Counted from the stretch's first letter, positions 26,438-46,100 are shown. The stretch is DNA of 64,000 nt from Trichoplax adhaerens (GCF_000150275.1 NW_002060944.1:5212123-5276122), one strand, 5' to 3'. A program made the numbers and translations. Notes: generated by a model not told the origin, from the sequence alone.

Positions 26438-26948
26438 ATCCTGGTTGTAATTGATACTTTTAACTGGTCAAAAAGATGCCTTATAAGATCATACGGCCTT
26501 TCTTGGACATAGAATATCACTGATTAGATATAGATAGTCTATAAAGGAAGGATCTAAGCTATAATAAGAATTCAATCTTATAGTCACATTCGGAAGGTCA
26601 GCGATCAAATTTAGAATAATTGCATAAAAGGTAGTCAATCAGTGGGGTAGAGGCATCGCTTTGCCTACCAAAGTGCTATACAGGCTTGTTATGATAAATT
26701 ATACAATAATCCAGGTTTACAATTGATACTTTTGGCCTGCTCAGTAGACGTCTTATAAAGGTTATATAGGCTTTCTTGGACATAAAATGCTATTGCTTAG
26801 TTATAGCCTTTCAAGAAAGCTATAATAAGAACTAAATCATATACTCACTTATGGAACATAAGCGATCTAATTTAAAATAATTGAATAAGGAATAGTCAAT
26901 CAGTGGGTTAAGCTGCGTCGCTTTATCTGCTAAAGTACTGCAGAGGCT
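26438..26948. repeat. Diverged tandem duplication with about 270-bp period
   Basis: Shared blocks AATTGATACTTTT, CTTTCTTGGACATA, AAGCTATAATAAGAA and TAGTCAATCAGTGGG occur in the same order at about 26438-26686 and 26708-26948. Confidence 0.8.
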
Positions 26949-28936
26949 ATACGTATCTTATAAACTAAGATTTGTGATTGGAAATGTACCTATTTTGCTA
27001 CAGTACATTATCATAAATCAGTAGTGTCATAATAACCTCATAGTTTACCCGTTAGTAGAGCGTTCAAGGTTGTTACCTTGCTAACTAATTGATCTATGCG
27101 TAAAGTAGCTTCTGCATACGCAACACAGAGGGTACAAGCTGAGTATATTTAAGGGTAATTCAGTAATTTCTAGTCCGTTGATTCCGAGCTAGCGTTTTTA
27201 CCACTATTTTGGATAATAAATTAATTAATGAATTTGTTCATCTAGCAAATCGCCTCCTATTTTATTATGGAATAGAAAATGTACGTTATTCGGATATACT
27301 ATTGCATAGATACTCATGTCCATAATATCTGATTGTCCTCATTGTAGTATATGTCACAGATGCATGTTTCACGCTCTGTACTGTACATGCTATCATTTGT
27401 TTTAGATGGCATCCAGAAATACGCATAGATGGTTACGCTTTAATCTGGAAGTTTATTGCCTGTAATCCATCTCGGCTAATAATAGGCATCTGTGCTCTGT
27501 AACAGGAACGCTTTTTAAAACGAGAGCACCAAAGCTAGCAGATGATGCTATTAGCGGTAATGTTGCATCCTTTCAAGATTATCATCGCCGTACTTATCCC
27601 CATCAACATTACACATTATGTTATTGTGTATCGATACAGTTCATAAGTGATTACAAATTCTCTTTTGACACTTCTATCCAGTTTGAATTTCCTTCTAACC
27701 ATTGTAAAACTAATTGGAACTGACAATAAAATACCGTTGACAAGTTAAAACATCAAAGTATTCCTAAACCGGATATACAGTATTATTCACACCCATTTTA
27801 TTCTCAGGTGGTAATTTTAAATTAATCCTTATCCAATTCTGTAATAAACCTGTATTCTAAAATTTAGTCAAATGACGTCAGAATATACACAAAGTGCAAA
27901 AAGTAGCATAACAGCAGTATTATTTCGCATAGCAAACGTCATGGTCAAATGAAATTGTAACCGTAGCTAATAAATATGCATACACAGATATAATACTTTA
28001 ATCTATCGTAGACAGTATAACGTGCTGCACTGCACTCGTTACGAGTAATTTATACAATAAACTGCGTACATAAAAAAAGTAGAATTATACCTCCAAATAC
28101 AGAAAAGGAAAGTAAACGTCCATCCTAAGAGTCATACTTATACCACGATATAAACAACTGTTACATGTGCTGTCATATTGATATCACTATGGGATATTGT
28201 AGTGCGTATAATAAAGGTGTAAAAGATACCTATTCAAATATTACGATGATATTAAAATGTTACATTACCAATTTATAAGACAATAAATTTAGTACACTTT
28301 GTGATATTGTTAGACCTTAATACAGCATAAAAATGGAAAGAGCAATATTTTTCTGTTGAAATAACCTGAAATTTTCAAATTTTTAGATACAATATAGATT
28401 GTATACAATAGATACTTATACAAAAGATGGTTGAAACCAAATAAGGTAATAAATAACCTTCAAAATAGAGTAAATTACTTCTTCGTACTACTGTACTTAT
28501 TTCCCCTTTAAACTATAGAAACTGACTTCGCATTTATTATAACAAAAAATTAGTACGGCGATATTAAATGTGACAACACATAATCTTTTCCAATCGCTAA
28601 GATTGGCTATAATTAATTTCAATTCGCATAAGAAAATATTAACTCAGTTATGTATAACCACCAAAATGTGAAATTCTCTATGAGAAGAGTTATAATGAGT
28701 GGCAGTTTTCTCACATACATGTAGTACATTGAATTATCAGTCGCCGGTTAATATCAGCAGCAATCAGCAAAACTGTATAATTTTATATACTTCTTAGTGA
28801 GTATGCTAGATATTATTTATCTTTCGATCTGGTATAAAATCTGAAACTTTTTGGACAACTAAACAAATGTAAAATACAGTAATAAACAAAGATGATAAAT
28901 AGAAATATATACTCGAAATATACAACAACAATAACG

Positions 28937-34320
<5,384 letters not shown>

Positions 34321-34913
34321 CAAGAACCAGGCTAGCCAGGCAAGCACACCTCCATCAAGAAAATTAGCATGGGGATCGATGACTAAACTCGTCTCGAGCT
34401 GCTTGTCGTTGCCAAGAGGTTGGGCAGTCGTGACTAGGTCGGTACCGTCTTCAAAGCAGGGGTAGTGCCTTAAAACAACCATCTATGCTGACTACTTTCA
34501 CTAGCAACGATGGGAATTTTGCTGTTTGGCTGCCGTCGTGCTGGATTGCCCATACTGTGCACTAGATCCTCCATACAGTATAGTACCGCCTTTGATGACT
34601 GTCCTAAGGGCTACAGTATGACATGGTGCGCTATACCGTGTGTCTACACTGTCCACGTTTTGCGGCTCAATAAGGCTTCCCAAAGTACAAGAAGTTAGCA
34701 GAGTTTACTGCAAGAAATATCACTTGCAACATAACTACCATAGAGTACAGTAGTTAAGAGAGAAGAGGTACGCTGTTATACATGGTTTGGCTAGTTAGCA
34801 TACAAGGTAGAATAGCCAATATATGACATACAGTGAGTACCAGCTGCATAGTGCTGGGAAGTCTGGGGTGACCAAGGTTACGCCAAAGCACCAATCCATG
34901 ACCAGATCCAAGG

Positions 34914-35700
34914 ACTATTACTAGAATAACTACTACAATGACTAGTACAATGACTACTAGAATAATTTGTAGAATTACTTGTACAATTATTTCTACAATT
35001 ACTTGTAGAATTACTACTAGAATAACATGTGGAATTACTTATAGAATTACTACTAGAATAACTTGTAGATTTACTTGTAGAATTACTACTAGAATTTCTA
35101 CTAGAATAACTTGTAGAATTACTGCTAGAATCACTTCTAGAATTACTACTAGAATTACTTATAGAATTACTACTAGAATTACTTATAGAATTACTACTAG
35201 AATTACTTATAGAATTACTACTAGAATTACTTATAGAATTACTACTAGAATTATTACTAGAATCACTTGTACATTTACTTGTAGAATTACTACTAGAATT
35301 ACTTATAGAATTACTTCTAGAATTACTACTAGAATTATTACTAGAATCACTTGTACATTTACTTGTAGAATTACTACTAGAATAACTTGTACATTTACTT
35401 GTAGAATTACTACTAGAATTACTTATAGAATGACCTTCTAGAATTACTACTAGAATCACTTGTACATTTACTTGTAGAATTACTACTAGAATAACTTGTA
35501 GATTTACTTGTAGAATTACTACTAGAATTACTTCTAGAATGACCTTCTAGAATTACTACTAGAATTATTACTAGAATCACTTGTACATTTACTTGTAGAA
35601 TTACTACTAGAATAACTTGTACATTTACTTATAGAATTACTACTAGAATTACTTCTAGAATGACTTCTAGAATGACTTCTAGTAGCTTTTTCTTCTAGTA
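34914..35700. repeat. 12-bp minisatellite (consensus AGAATTACTACT), about 65 units
   Basis: Continuous 12-mer array with variants (AGAATTACTTAT, AGAATAACTTGT, ACATTTACTTGT) and two 13-nt units AGAATGACCTTCT at 35427 and 35536. Confidence 0.97.
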
Positions 35701-37269
35701 GTCCATGCATTCTCATCGACTGCAGCTGAAAAATTATATCATTCATTCTTGTATACCCTAGAATGGATGTTTCACTGAAACTGCCACCAATAATTCACAC
35801 ATATGCAGCCATTTTACAAATCATATTCAACTGTACAGTACTGTGTACAGCTATGATAGCGTTATTAACCCGTCCTTTTTTTAGTCAAGCTTATACGCGT
35901 ATACAGTACAGTGCTGCATAATTAATTCATAAATGATATAATATAGATTATATGGATATGTTACGTATAGATAGTAGCTCGTCTATTGTAGATCTGAGTG
36001 GACTGAAAATTTGAGCTGGATCCATTTCGCAGTGGGCATGAGGAAGGTAGCTTATTTTAGTCAACGTTGATGAAAATACTCTATAGGTATTGGTGCAGTC
36101 AGAATTTCCCAAAGCCAACATTTCAGCACGTAGACCATAGTAAAATGATAAAGGGCAGGGAGCCGAAAATAAGCGCTGATAAAAAATCTATCAAGTACCG
36201 TAGAATGTTATAACGACACGCGTATACCGTATAATTCATTCAACAAGACGTCCATTTCTTGTCAAACTTCACACTTTATTACTCTATATCGATTTCGAAG
36301 AACAGAATGGACAGCATTTTGACATCTACCCACAACAGATTATTTTCATTGGCCAAATTGACATGAAAATTCAAAAGTGTGATTTGTTGAAATTTTCCCA
36401 TCCAATTTCCATGTACGTCTATTATAGAAATTGGATCACTTTTTAGCTCAATTTACCGTTGATATTTACAATCTTATTGTTGGCTTTTGCCGAAGAAAAT
36501 AAATGCACTCCTCTATATCTATACTGTATAACACAGTCTTGTACTATTCACTCTAGCATCTGCTACAAAAACATGATCTACTTTCATTTCAGTGTTCAAT
36601 ATATCGCGTGTATAGAGGTGGGCGACGGAATTTGCAGTGCGCTATTGGTTTAGTGTGAGATATCAGTGGATGAAAAGTTTTTACCATACTTTAGCTGAAA
36701 CTGTCGTACCGCTAAATACTTATTCCCTCTCTAAAAAAAATTTCCAATGGGCGTTCATTTGGAAATTTTCAAATACAGAAGTGTTGCAAATTTCAGTCTA
36801 GGCACATGCACAACCGGTGGGTATTCGGTCAGCGATTACTAAACTCTTTGTCCCTGATTGGGTAGACGTACAGCGTGAACCAGTTCTAATCAGAGTACTT
36901 TAAGGTGCCCTAAAATCACAACTATCTGTACGTATAGAATTTTAAGTAAATTTTGCAGCTTTACTACAAGTTATTTTGCCTAATAGCACTGTAAAGAGAA
37001 CTGGCTCTCATTGTATGCGTACACGTGTAGGAACGCTCAAATATACGGAGTGGTGAGAAATGTTAACTTTACGTGTATCAAACTCCACTTGGTGACAAAA
37101 ACGCCACTTCGCTTGTAAAATTATCGTGTACTTCCGTACAAAACATTGGTGGTCGGCTAGCCCTGGAAAGCATTTCCGGTTTAAGCGGGGACTCCATATT
37201 AACCTTCAAAAAGAACAACAACAAACCGGTAGATCCATTCTTGGACTATTTGGGTGGCCATTGGAGCCG

Positions 37270-37420
37270 TACAGTGTACAGTGTACAGTACCATGATGTC
37301 GGCCTACAGTACAGTACACTGTAACAAGAACAGCCAGTACTGCTCATACAGCGTACAGTGTACAGTCCATTGTAAATAGTACTGTGGACATTGCACTGTA
37401 CATTGTACTCGACAGTACAA
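37270..37420. repeat. ACAGT/ACAGTGT simple-repeat cluster within a CpG-richer segment
   Basis: GTACAGTGTACAGTGTACAGTAC, CTACAGTACAGTACACTGTA and similar; same motif family as 8160-8820. Confidence 0.7.
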
Positions 37421-38079
37421 TGCATTTCCTGGCCCAGGCTGACCCGCTACTGTTGCTGCCGGGTATTCGAAAAGGCACACGTGTCTATTGTCGCGTCAAA
37501 CCCCAGAAAACGTGACACCACCCAGACTCATCTGCAAGTTGAAAACGTTCGCCGATGGGTCAATCAGCGGCATGTTGGAGAATGCGCCGTGGAGGAAAAC
37601 TCTCCACTCTCTGCTAGATCTTGTGGACAACACCATCTCAAGTGGTGGAAAAGCAATTTCTTAGATTATTAATAGTCAACGATCTTGCTGATTTCAAGGA
37701 AGGATACCTTGGACTATATCGCCAGGTCTTGATAATATTGTTGGTATTATTTTGAAGCAGTTTTATGGAGGATACAGGCGTGCATCTGTACAGTATTGCC
37801 CTAGGATAACCATTGAAAAACAACAATCATCAGTTAGTAGTTGATTTGGACGGAGGAAACCATTCCACTCAGGTTTTTTTTTACAATGTTACTTTATCCT
37901 AGACTAGATCTGAGAAGAAAGCTTCAGCTTCATTCAATCCAAAATAGAGAGACATAAGATGAAAGTGAATCTGCTTGTGATGGCTACTTCAGTCAGATTT
38001 TTACAATATTATTTTGCAATACCGTGGTGGTGACCAGTGACCACTAACTCTGCCTTATTATACTGTAACAATACTGATG

Positions 38080-38099
38080 TATATATATATATATATATA
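38080..38099. repeat. (TA)10 microsatellite
   Basis: Read directly from the sequence. Confidence 0.9.
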
Positions 38100-39665
38100 C
38101 GGTTGATTCGATGAGCTTACACAGTCTAAACTGATAAAATGAGTAGTTCTAGAGAAGCACAAGATCAGTACTGTACTTAGTAGACGATAGATAGACGTAG
38201 AAGAAAGCCAATTTGTTTCGAGTAGCTACTTCAGTCAGATTTTTTTCCCACTGATACAATTACAAATTGGCTTTGTAGAAGAAGAAACAACTCAATACCA
38301 TAGACGTAAAATACAATCTATTCTGATCAGTTAGTAAAAGTAAAGGCTATGCCAGTCAGGTTGAACAATTTTGCTTTTCCATGCCGGCTTGTATCAAATA
38401 ATGAATTATTTATGAATTATAATTCACGTTCACTGTAGATTATTGGCTAAGGATAAAATTACAAATTGATCTTTATAGTAGAAGATAATTGTACTCATGT
38501 AGACGGTCAATGAAAAGTATTATCAGTTCAAAGTGCCCCTTTCTAGTATAGTTGATTCACTGTCAACTGCCAGTGAATTTTTACTGATGGCATTTGCTTT
38601 CATATTATTCTCTCTAGATTCAACATGGATTCTGATGCCAAACACACGTATGCGACACCGACACATCAGTATGATCTTGCAAGACTCAGTCGGACCGATC
38701 TCAATAGTGATAATGCCCGTGTCTTACGCAAATCAATGAGGTAATTAAGCCAATTTAGTATTGATAAAGGAAAAGAAAATTGTTGAAGGAGTGCAATATT
38801 GCTATGCATGATGTACAACTATATACAGATAGTTATAATGACAACTGGAAAGCTTATTGGTCCATGCTATGTCTCTCGAAATAGCATTAAAAAAGTAATG
38901 TACTACGTGATTAACTTCGATGGCAAGATGGCGTCGAAAATTGAAAGTTGCAATTTGTTACAACTCCTGTTCAAAATCGATATGTACAGGCAGGAGGATG
39001 TCTGCAGAACATGAATATGATGATAAAATAAACGTACAATACGATGCCATAGTAAAAAAACTTGTTTTAATGGTAGACCGTTACTTCAGCAAAATCGGCC
39101 ATTTTTTTACAGTCGTATTAATAATAGTATTATACTTGGTACAAGGGATCGTACCTTAATGCAATTTCAACCATGCACAAATACAATGGATTACTGATCC
39201 CTATCTAGTAGAGTTAGGGAAGAAGTAAAACATCAATCTACAATTTTTATACTAATAGATGTAGTTTTGAAAAACGTCCATTTTTAGATCAAGTATTGTA
39301 CGGTCGTACAGTGTGCGCTACCTTGCTATTTAAATTGATTGGCATATACATAAATGTCACCATTGTGGATACTCTGGCGATATTTGACAATTGCTCTTTA
39401 TTCTCCGAGCAAGAGAAAATTACTAAATCCAAAATTGATTATTATACTTATCGTTGCTACTCAATATCCGTAATGATATTATTGAATGATACAGTATTAC
39501 GCGTAGGATGATAACAAGAATTTAAATACAATGAAACAATAAACTTGAATATTTTCATACTTTTAAACAATCTAAAGTCAATGACTTCTTTATGCTGTAT
39601 TCAATCTTACTTTTCTTTTCATAATTTAATACAATTATGGCACTATATTATTCTCTAGGACATCG

Positions 39666-41585
39666 ATGATGATGAAAATCGCACTCCTGATCTACGCTAT
39701 TGCCATCACTGTCGTCGCCATCGTCTTACTTACCATATCACAATTGAATAAAGAAAGTAATCATCCCTGTCGGAATTTCTATGGTATGCTATTACATCTT
39801 ACTATGTATAGTAATTAAGGAATAGTATCGCAAATCATATTGCTTTCTAAGAAATCGAAAAATTGACCCAATTTTTTCTTGATTAAGAACTACCTTTATA
39901 ATTAATTTCAACTACGCATCCTTCTTTAAATACCCTAGTGCTACTGCTTTGGGTTATTCTGTAACTGTAAAATAATGCTACTGTTGTTACGGTCAATCAC
40001 TAGGATTGACCGTAACACTGTCAGCAATAGTATATGCCAATTGGAGCCATTTCTTACTGTGTATATGTAATAATAACCGAATTGATTTAATCCATTTAAT
40101 AACTAGACGATAGGCGTATCCTGGTTCAGTCTTCACAAGTTGTGGCTCGAGCTACCAATTATTTACTAGCACATCAACGGGCTACTGGTGGCTGGGGGAG
40201 CATCACATTAACTTCTCAAGTGGTTATTGCGTTACGTTTAGGCAGTGGAATAAATGTCGCACGAATGGTAAAGTAAGTGTCTCAGTCAAATCATGTATAC
40301 CAATCATCAATTGATTTTCGATGTACAGTAATTACGTAGATACTGCATTACAGCTACTTTTACTTTACCAGCCATTTTTGCATTCATAGGATAAGCCACC
40401 TCTTTATTATATTAACTCATCCTAGTAATGTTAATTGCTTAGTGTAGCAAATTACCTTTATAACAATTATATTCAAGTCGTTACAACTGCCGACTGTATA
40501 AGTAATCATAAATTTTTTCCTTACTAACTTCTCTTCACTCATCTTTTGCCAGTTCATCATCCGCTGTTAGTTCTCTTTCTATCGATGAATATTATGTATC
40601 AGTAATTAAAAATGATATGTATCAAGCCAACTCTTCTATTACACCAGGCCAATTGGCTTACATTGTAATGGCCTTACATGCTATGTGCAAGGATACAAGC
40701 CAATTTTTTGGAATGAATTTAAATCAAAAATTAATGAACAATTTAGAAGATTATCCAAGTAAAAATTTTAATCATCCTTATGCTTATAGTTTAACATTAC
40801 TAAGCTTATGCTTGACAAACAGTAAATATAAATCGAATCTAGTCCACAAATTACAAGTAATGCAATCATCAGATGGAACTTGGGCTGATTTAGATACAAC
40901 AGCTTTGGCAATTTTAGCACTAAATTGTGCTGATAGCAGTAGTAATAGTGCCATATCCAAAGGCATCCAAGCTTTACTCTCCAAGCAATCCAAAACAACT
41001 TATCAATTCGGGAATGAGTATACAACTGCTCATGCGGTACAAGCTATGCTGTCGCAAAGAATACCTATATCAAAATGGAATTATATGAAAGTACTCCAAG
41101 AACTTATGAAATATGAGATCGCCAACGAAGGGTTTGGCAGAATTGACAACACAGCTGCTGTATTACCGTCGTTGGCAAGTGCAGTTTATCTAGACTTGAA
41201 AACTGTAACCTGCGATGAGCCAAATGCTAGTACTGAATCTCGTATTATCACTATTGTCTACACTGTTCGATACCAATGTTTACCTTACGTCAATCGAACA
41301 GATGAAAAGTCAGTCGCTGTGGCATCAAAAGCAGATAGCCCTATGCTAACGTTTATGCGTGCTGCTGAAGTAATCAATCCGGCATATCGATTTACAGTCA
41401 AATATCATGCTACATTCAGCGCTTATACGGTGGAAAAAATTAACAATATCTCAAGCCAAACAAGTAACCAATTATGTCATTGGTTCCTTCAAGACGATGT
41501 GACTAATCACGAAATAATGTTGGGCGTTTCACACTATATGCCCCAAAATAACGCTAAAATAGCTTTTATTTATCGTAGGCCATAG
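39666..41585 (+). CDS. Transcobalamin/intrinsic factor/haptocorrin-family cobalamin-binding protein, copy 1 (about 438 aa, 3 coding exons)
   Basis: Exons 39666-39783, 40107-40272, 40553-41585; branch point TACTAAC at 40522. Hydrophobic N-terminus MMMKIALLIYAIAITVVAIVLLTIS. Alpha-domain motifs GQLAYIVMAL..C, YAYSLTLLSLC, LDTTALAILALNC, FGNEYTTAHAVQAM, VLPSL..YLDL, and beta-domain motifs FTVKY..YTVEKINNI..HWFL..LGVSHYMP, collinear with vertebrate TCN/GIF. Confidence 0.88.
39985..40017. repeat. Perfect 14-bp inverted repeat with 5-nt loop, intronic
   Basis: TGTTACGGTCAATC-ACTAG-GATTGACCGTAACA. Confidence 0.9.
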
Positions 41586-44500
41586 ACATTGATAATAATT
41601 CAGTAAAATGTAAATAAGTTCAGCAAAGTAAGATATGGCCTTATTAAATTAGCTTATCTTAGATACACTGCAATCCAAAATTGTAGGTTTTACTTCCCAA
41701 GTTTTTACTGTACTACATTATAAATTTACACTTAATCAATATTAGTATAACTGATATTGATTGCATACATTTCTAATGTCATTTTATCCACAAATAGCAG
41801 TTTCACCAATTATTCTATTCAGTATTCCCAGATAAGTCTTTGGACCTTGAGTGATCATATCGAGCAATAAGACTATTTAAGCAGTATTTGTTAAAAATAC
41901 TTTATGTTCTATTGTAATTTATTTAAATTCACGAATTTTTTTATTTTCTAATTATATCCAATGCATTTTAAATGGTTACAAAGAGCCTTTGAACTTTAAT
42001 CAAACTATTAACATAATGGATTGCACCTGTACAGCTGTTCTTAGCTGTATATCTGAGTATACGAATGCTGTACAATGTCAACTTTGCAATTGTTTTGCCT
42101 CCTCGCTTCTCACTTTTAACTTGATATGACAATGATATTCTATTGAACAGATGGCATCATCAAATTGATAGAAAGTGTCAGTCACTAGACAGCAAATGGT
42201 ACGGAAGTAAATAAAGCAGTAAACTTACAAAAAAATATTGCATGGTACTTAAGTTTCTGAAAGTTGATCTTATCAAAGTTATTAATTTAATTAGTAAAAC
42301 AATAAATTTTGTGACCTAAAGAGTTGTGATACTTTAGCTCTGCAGCATAGAAGTAGCCAATTACATGTTGATTTCATTTTAGCTTGAGTGTTGACCACAA
42401 TTTTAGGCTTCATGCAATCGTGTAGACTACTGTATTACACGTACAGTCGTGCAAGTATCGGAAGAGTATATGAAAAATCACGGTTTTATTTGATATTTAT
42501 AAGAAATTGATGTATTACTTAGAATTATTAGATATTTTATTAGGCTTTTCTAATAAATTCGTTCACAAAAGAAATGGATAGGGTACTTCTTTGGATATAC
42601 GCATCTTTATTGTAAATGAGATCTAAATACGTATATTCGTGCACTTAGAAGAATACTGTACGGCGATAGTTAATATTACTGTAGTAACTTTACCAGCTAA
42701 TTAATTATTGCTTCAGGATTAATGCAGATAAAGAAATAGGTTCTTTCGTTATATTCTGACCATCAATTTATGGCAGCTTGGTTTGTATTTTTTGTTTCAT
42801 TTAAATACTATAAATATTCTACTGTAATGGGTCTCGTAAAAGTTTTCTACATTTAACAATCTCCTATCTATTTGAGAAAATTTTATGCGATAACTTTCGA
42901 TGCACGTCAGATATTACAATCATCGCTCAATGAATACTTAACTTACGTCATTTAACCTATTTATTTATTTTACCTTCAAATCTTATCCAGCAACTTCTGA
43001 TCGTACTATATTATCAAAGTATCGCTCTTAGTATTTGAACTAACATATTTATTAGAGTCATACCATCACTTGTTTTAAATTGTACCTGGTAACTTCTCCA
43101 CGTGTTGTGTATAACGATTACCATCGATAAATAGTTTAACCTAATTTAATTACAAATATAATCTCACACTCAAATCCTGTCCAATAATTCACCAGCATAT
43201 CTGGTATAGCGGTCATTATGACAAATAGCTTCACTACTTTCTTTCCAGGAAATTCATATTGCAGTAGAAGCGTAAAGTCTGAATTTAATAATAGTTGATT
43301 TCTAATAAAATTGACAATAATGAATATCTGAATAAAAATGGGACTGTTTTCATCTTTTCATCATTTCATACAATACCTACAAAGGCTATAATTAATAGGA
43401 AACTAGAAATAATGGGCCGTGAACTGAAATTCTAGTAATATCCGTTAGGCATATATTAAGAGGGGAAAAAAAAATCTCCATTAGACTATGTGAGGTACTA
43501 AATGACAATAATTAGACTCGTAATGGTTTTCATCCTTTCTTCTAATTTTCAGATATAGCAAAAAATGATGGGTATGACTAAATTCGATTAAAATGTGATA
43601 AATACCCTGTAAATTAATTTAAACTTTGCTCATTCCGTATTTAAGATTTTTATTAAATTGTAGTCATCTTTCTATGGCATTTAGTCTTGGGCACATTGAA
43701 TGATAATCTTCACATTGAAATAATCTTCTGTCTTGAGACTATCGTTGAAGTCGCTTCTCTGCCAGATTAGAGAGCTATTCAAGTGTAGTTCTGCGAAGAA
43801 AAGTTTGACTAAATAGATAGTATTTATTATAGTGATAAAGTAAAGTTTTACTTACATGATGATCGTCCTAATAAAAAAGCAAAAATTTCTACCGTAGTAA
43901 TAATAACAATACCATATTCTATCACTGTATTATTTGATAACAGATTAGAGGATCGATTATGTACAATTTTGTAAAGGATTGCTCACTTGATCAATGAGTT
44001 ATATTCCATTACATATAACGGTGTGGAAGGTAATGTAAGACTTTGTTAGAGTAATGATCGTTTTCCTAGAGAATCGAAATTTCTGTCTTCAAGCCAATAG
44101 TAATACTTTATTCTGTCGTTATACAAGTATTTAGCAGATCCAAGAACCGATTGTACGAATATATAATTGTATATACAGCCTTATGAGGGAATTTTAACTT
44201 TATCAATCCATCAGGACTCTACTTTTTATAACAGATCGAGCAATTGGTGCAAGAATTCATTTGTAGTAAATAGTGACCATCCTAATATTATTATAAATAG
44301 ATTAGTTTTAACGATATTTTCTTGTACATAAGCTATTAGTAATATCATATTCTATGGGTAGTATCATCATCATTATTATATTTAAAGAAATGGGTATCGG
44401 ATCTTATCGGTATCATCTTATAATGGTTGCGCGAAAATTTCTAATAAGAAATCACGTCTACTAGTGTTTAACTGTAAAACTGAGACTTGCTGATTGCAAC

Positions 44501-45889
44501 TTTATCATTAAGGCTATGTAACTAATCTGTCGTAGTGCATCATTCAGATGAAAAGAGATACAAAATAGACGACTACTTTTCATTTGCAGTAAATGGAATT
44601 AATATGGGTAAATTTCGTGGTGACGTTTATAATACGTGCGATAATAAAGACCAGAAAATGTTCACTACTGCGAGCTTATGAATGCCTTTAGCCTAAACAG
44701 CCTACTGTACAATAAATAGTCTATTATCATCGTTATTACCTATTTCAGACGTATTTGTTCGACATGCCTTACTGATTTCAGGCCAAAATAACTATGAAGA
44801 AACTAGCTGATGTTTGCACGCCTAGCTGTACGCTATCAATACTAAATTTTGTCATATTTTCAGTATATCTCTGATCGCTAACGCTCAGTCATGACGGATA
44901 GGATGTAGACACCAACATATAAGAGCTCTCTTTGTATATTTTAAATCCTAACTTAATTTCCAATTCATTGCTAGATTTATATCAAGATTTAGGTATATTA
45001 ATAATAATAAATAAATTATGCCAATCAGCTGCTAATTCCATATAATCCTCTTTCGCAGTAAAATCTATTATAACAATCTGTGCCTCATTAGACAGCAGTT
45101 TATAGCTTCGATTTGTATGCTATGTTAATATTTGCTTCATTACGAATCAGTTGAAAATTTGAGGAATTATGTTATAAGCACAATCTGGTTAATGAGGCAT
45201 ACAATTTTTGTTTACTCTTAGTAAAATAATGTAAATAGCATTTTAGGAATTTACTCAATTTTATTTATCTGGTCAAAAACAAGTAAATTACAAGCTTAAT
45301 TATTAGAGTGTAATTCTATTAGTATTGTCGTCGCAAATGGAATCAAATTACAAACTTTACTAGAGGGGATATTAATTGAATAAAATCCTAAAACAGATCT
45401 ATCGGTATTCTCATCAAACAATGGAATTACAACCTTGATGAAAAAAATTCCCAAAATGGGTCTGTAAGCATTATCATCTTCTCCAAGAGAATCCAGTTGG
45501 AAACTCGATACAAAGCCGGGTATCAACTACTAAATATCTAAATTGGATCTGAAGAAATTATAATCTTCTTACCAAGAATCGAGTTGTAAACTAGGCAGTA
45601 GAAGATATCGAACTGAGTAAATTTCTAAAATAAATCTGCAAGAATTACCATCATCTCAAGAGGAATAGTAATACAAGGATCTCATAAGGAATTCAATTTA
45701 GGCTTAACGGGACCATAACTCAGTACAGCCCTTGTTACACTTTCTAGTTTATCGTAACAATAATTTAATAGTCCAGTAGGGCTTGAGTACTGAACAATCA
45801 CGAGTCCAATAGAGCTTAAGTACCGAACTAACTTTATTATGCGTTAGGAGCCGTTATATATAAGAGACAATTACCAGTAACGTGCAATA

Positions 45890-46100
45890 ACGGACATACC
45901 ATGAATGTTAACGACAATCTTATCTTATTCATAATAAGATAACAACTTATTTTCCTAGATATGCTATCTAGGACTTAATCGTCATCATTACAGACACGGA
46001 CGTACCATGAATGTTAACGACAATCTTATCTTATTCATAATAAGATAACAACTTATTTTCTTAGATATGCTATCTAGGACTTAATCGTCATCATTACAGA
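45890..46100. repeat. 106-bp near-perfect tandem duplication, each unit containing two short hairpins
   Basis: Units start at 45890 and 45996. Each has TTATCTTATT-CAT-AATAAGATAA and TC(C/T)TAGATA-TGC-TATCTAGGA. Confidence 0.92.

Noticed and set aside
34938-35441. 167-aa (TRIT)n plus-strand ORF as a real protein
   Set aside because: It arises simply from a 12-bp unit without stops in that frame; no signal peptide or unique domain.
38920-39159. 79-aa ORF as the upstream exon of B12-binder copy 1
   Set aside because: The obvious donor after MSAEHEYDDKIN is phase 0, whereas the acceptor at 39659 needs phase 2; no homology seen.
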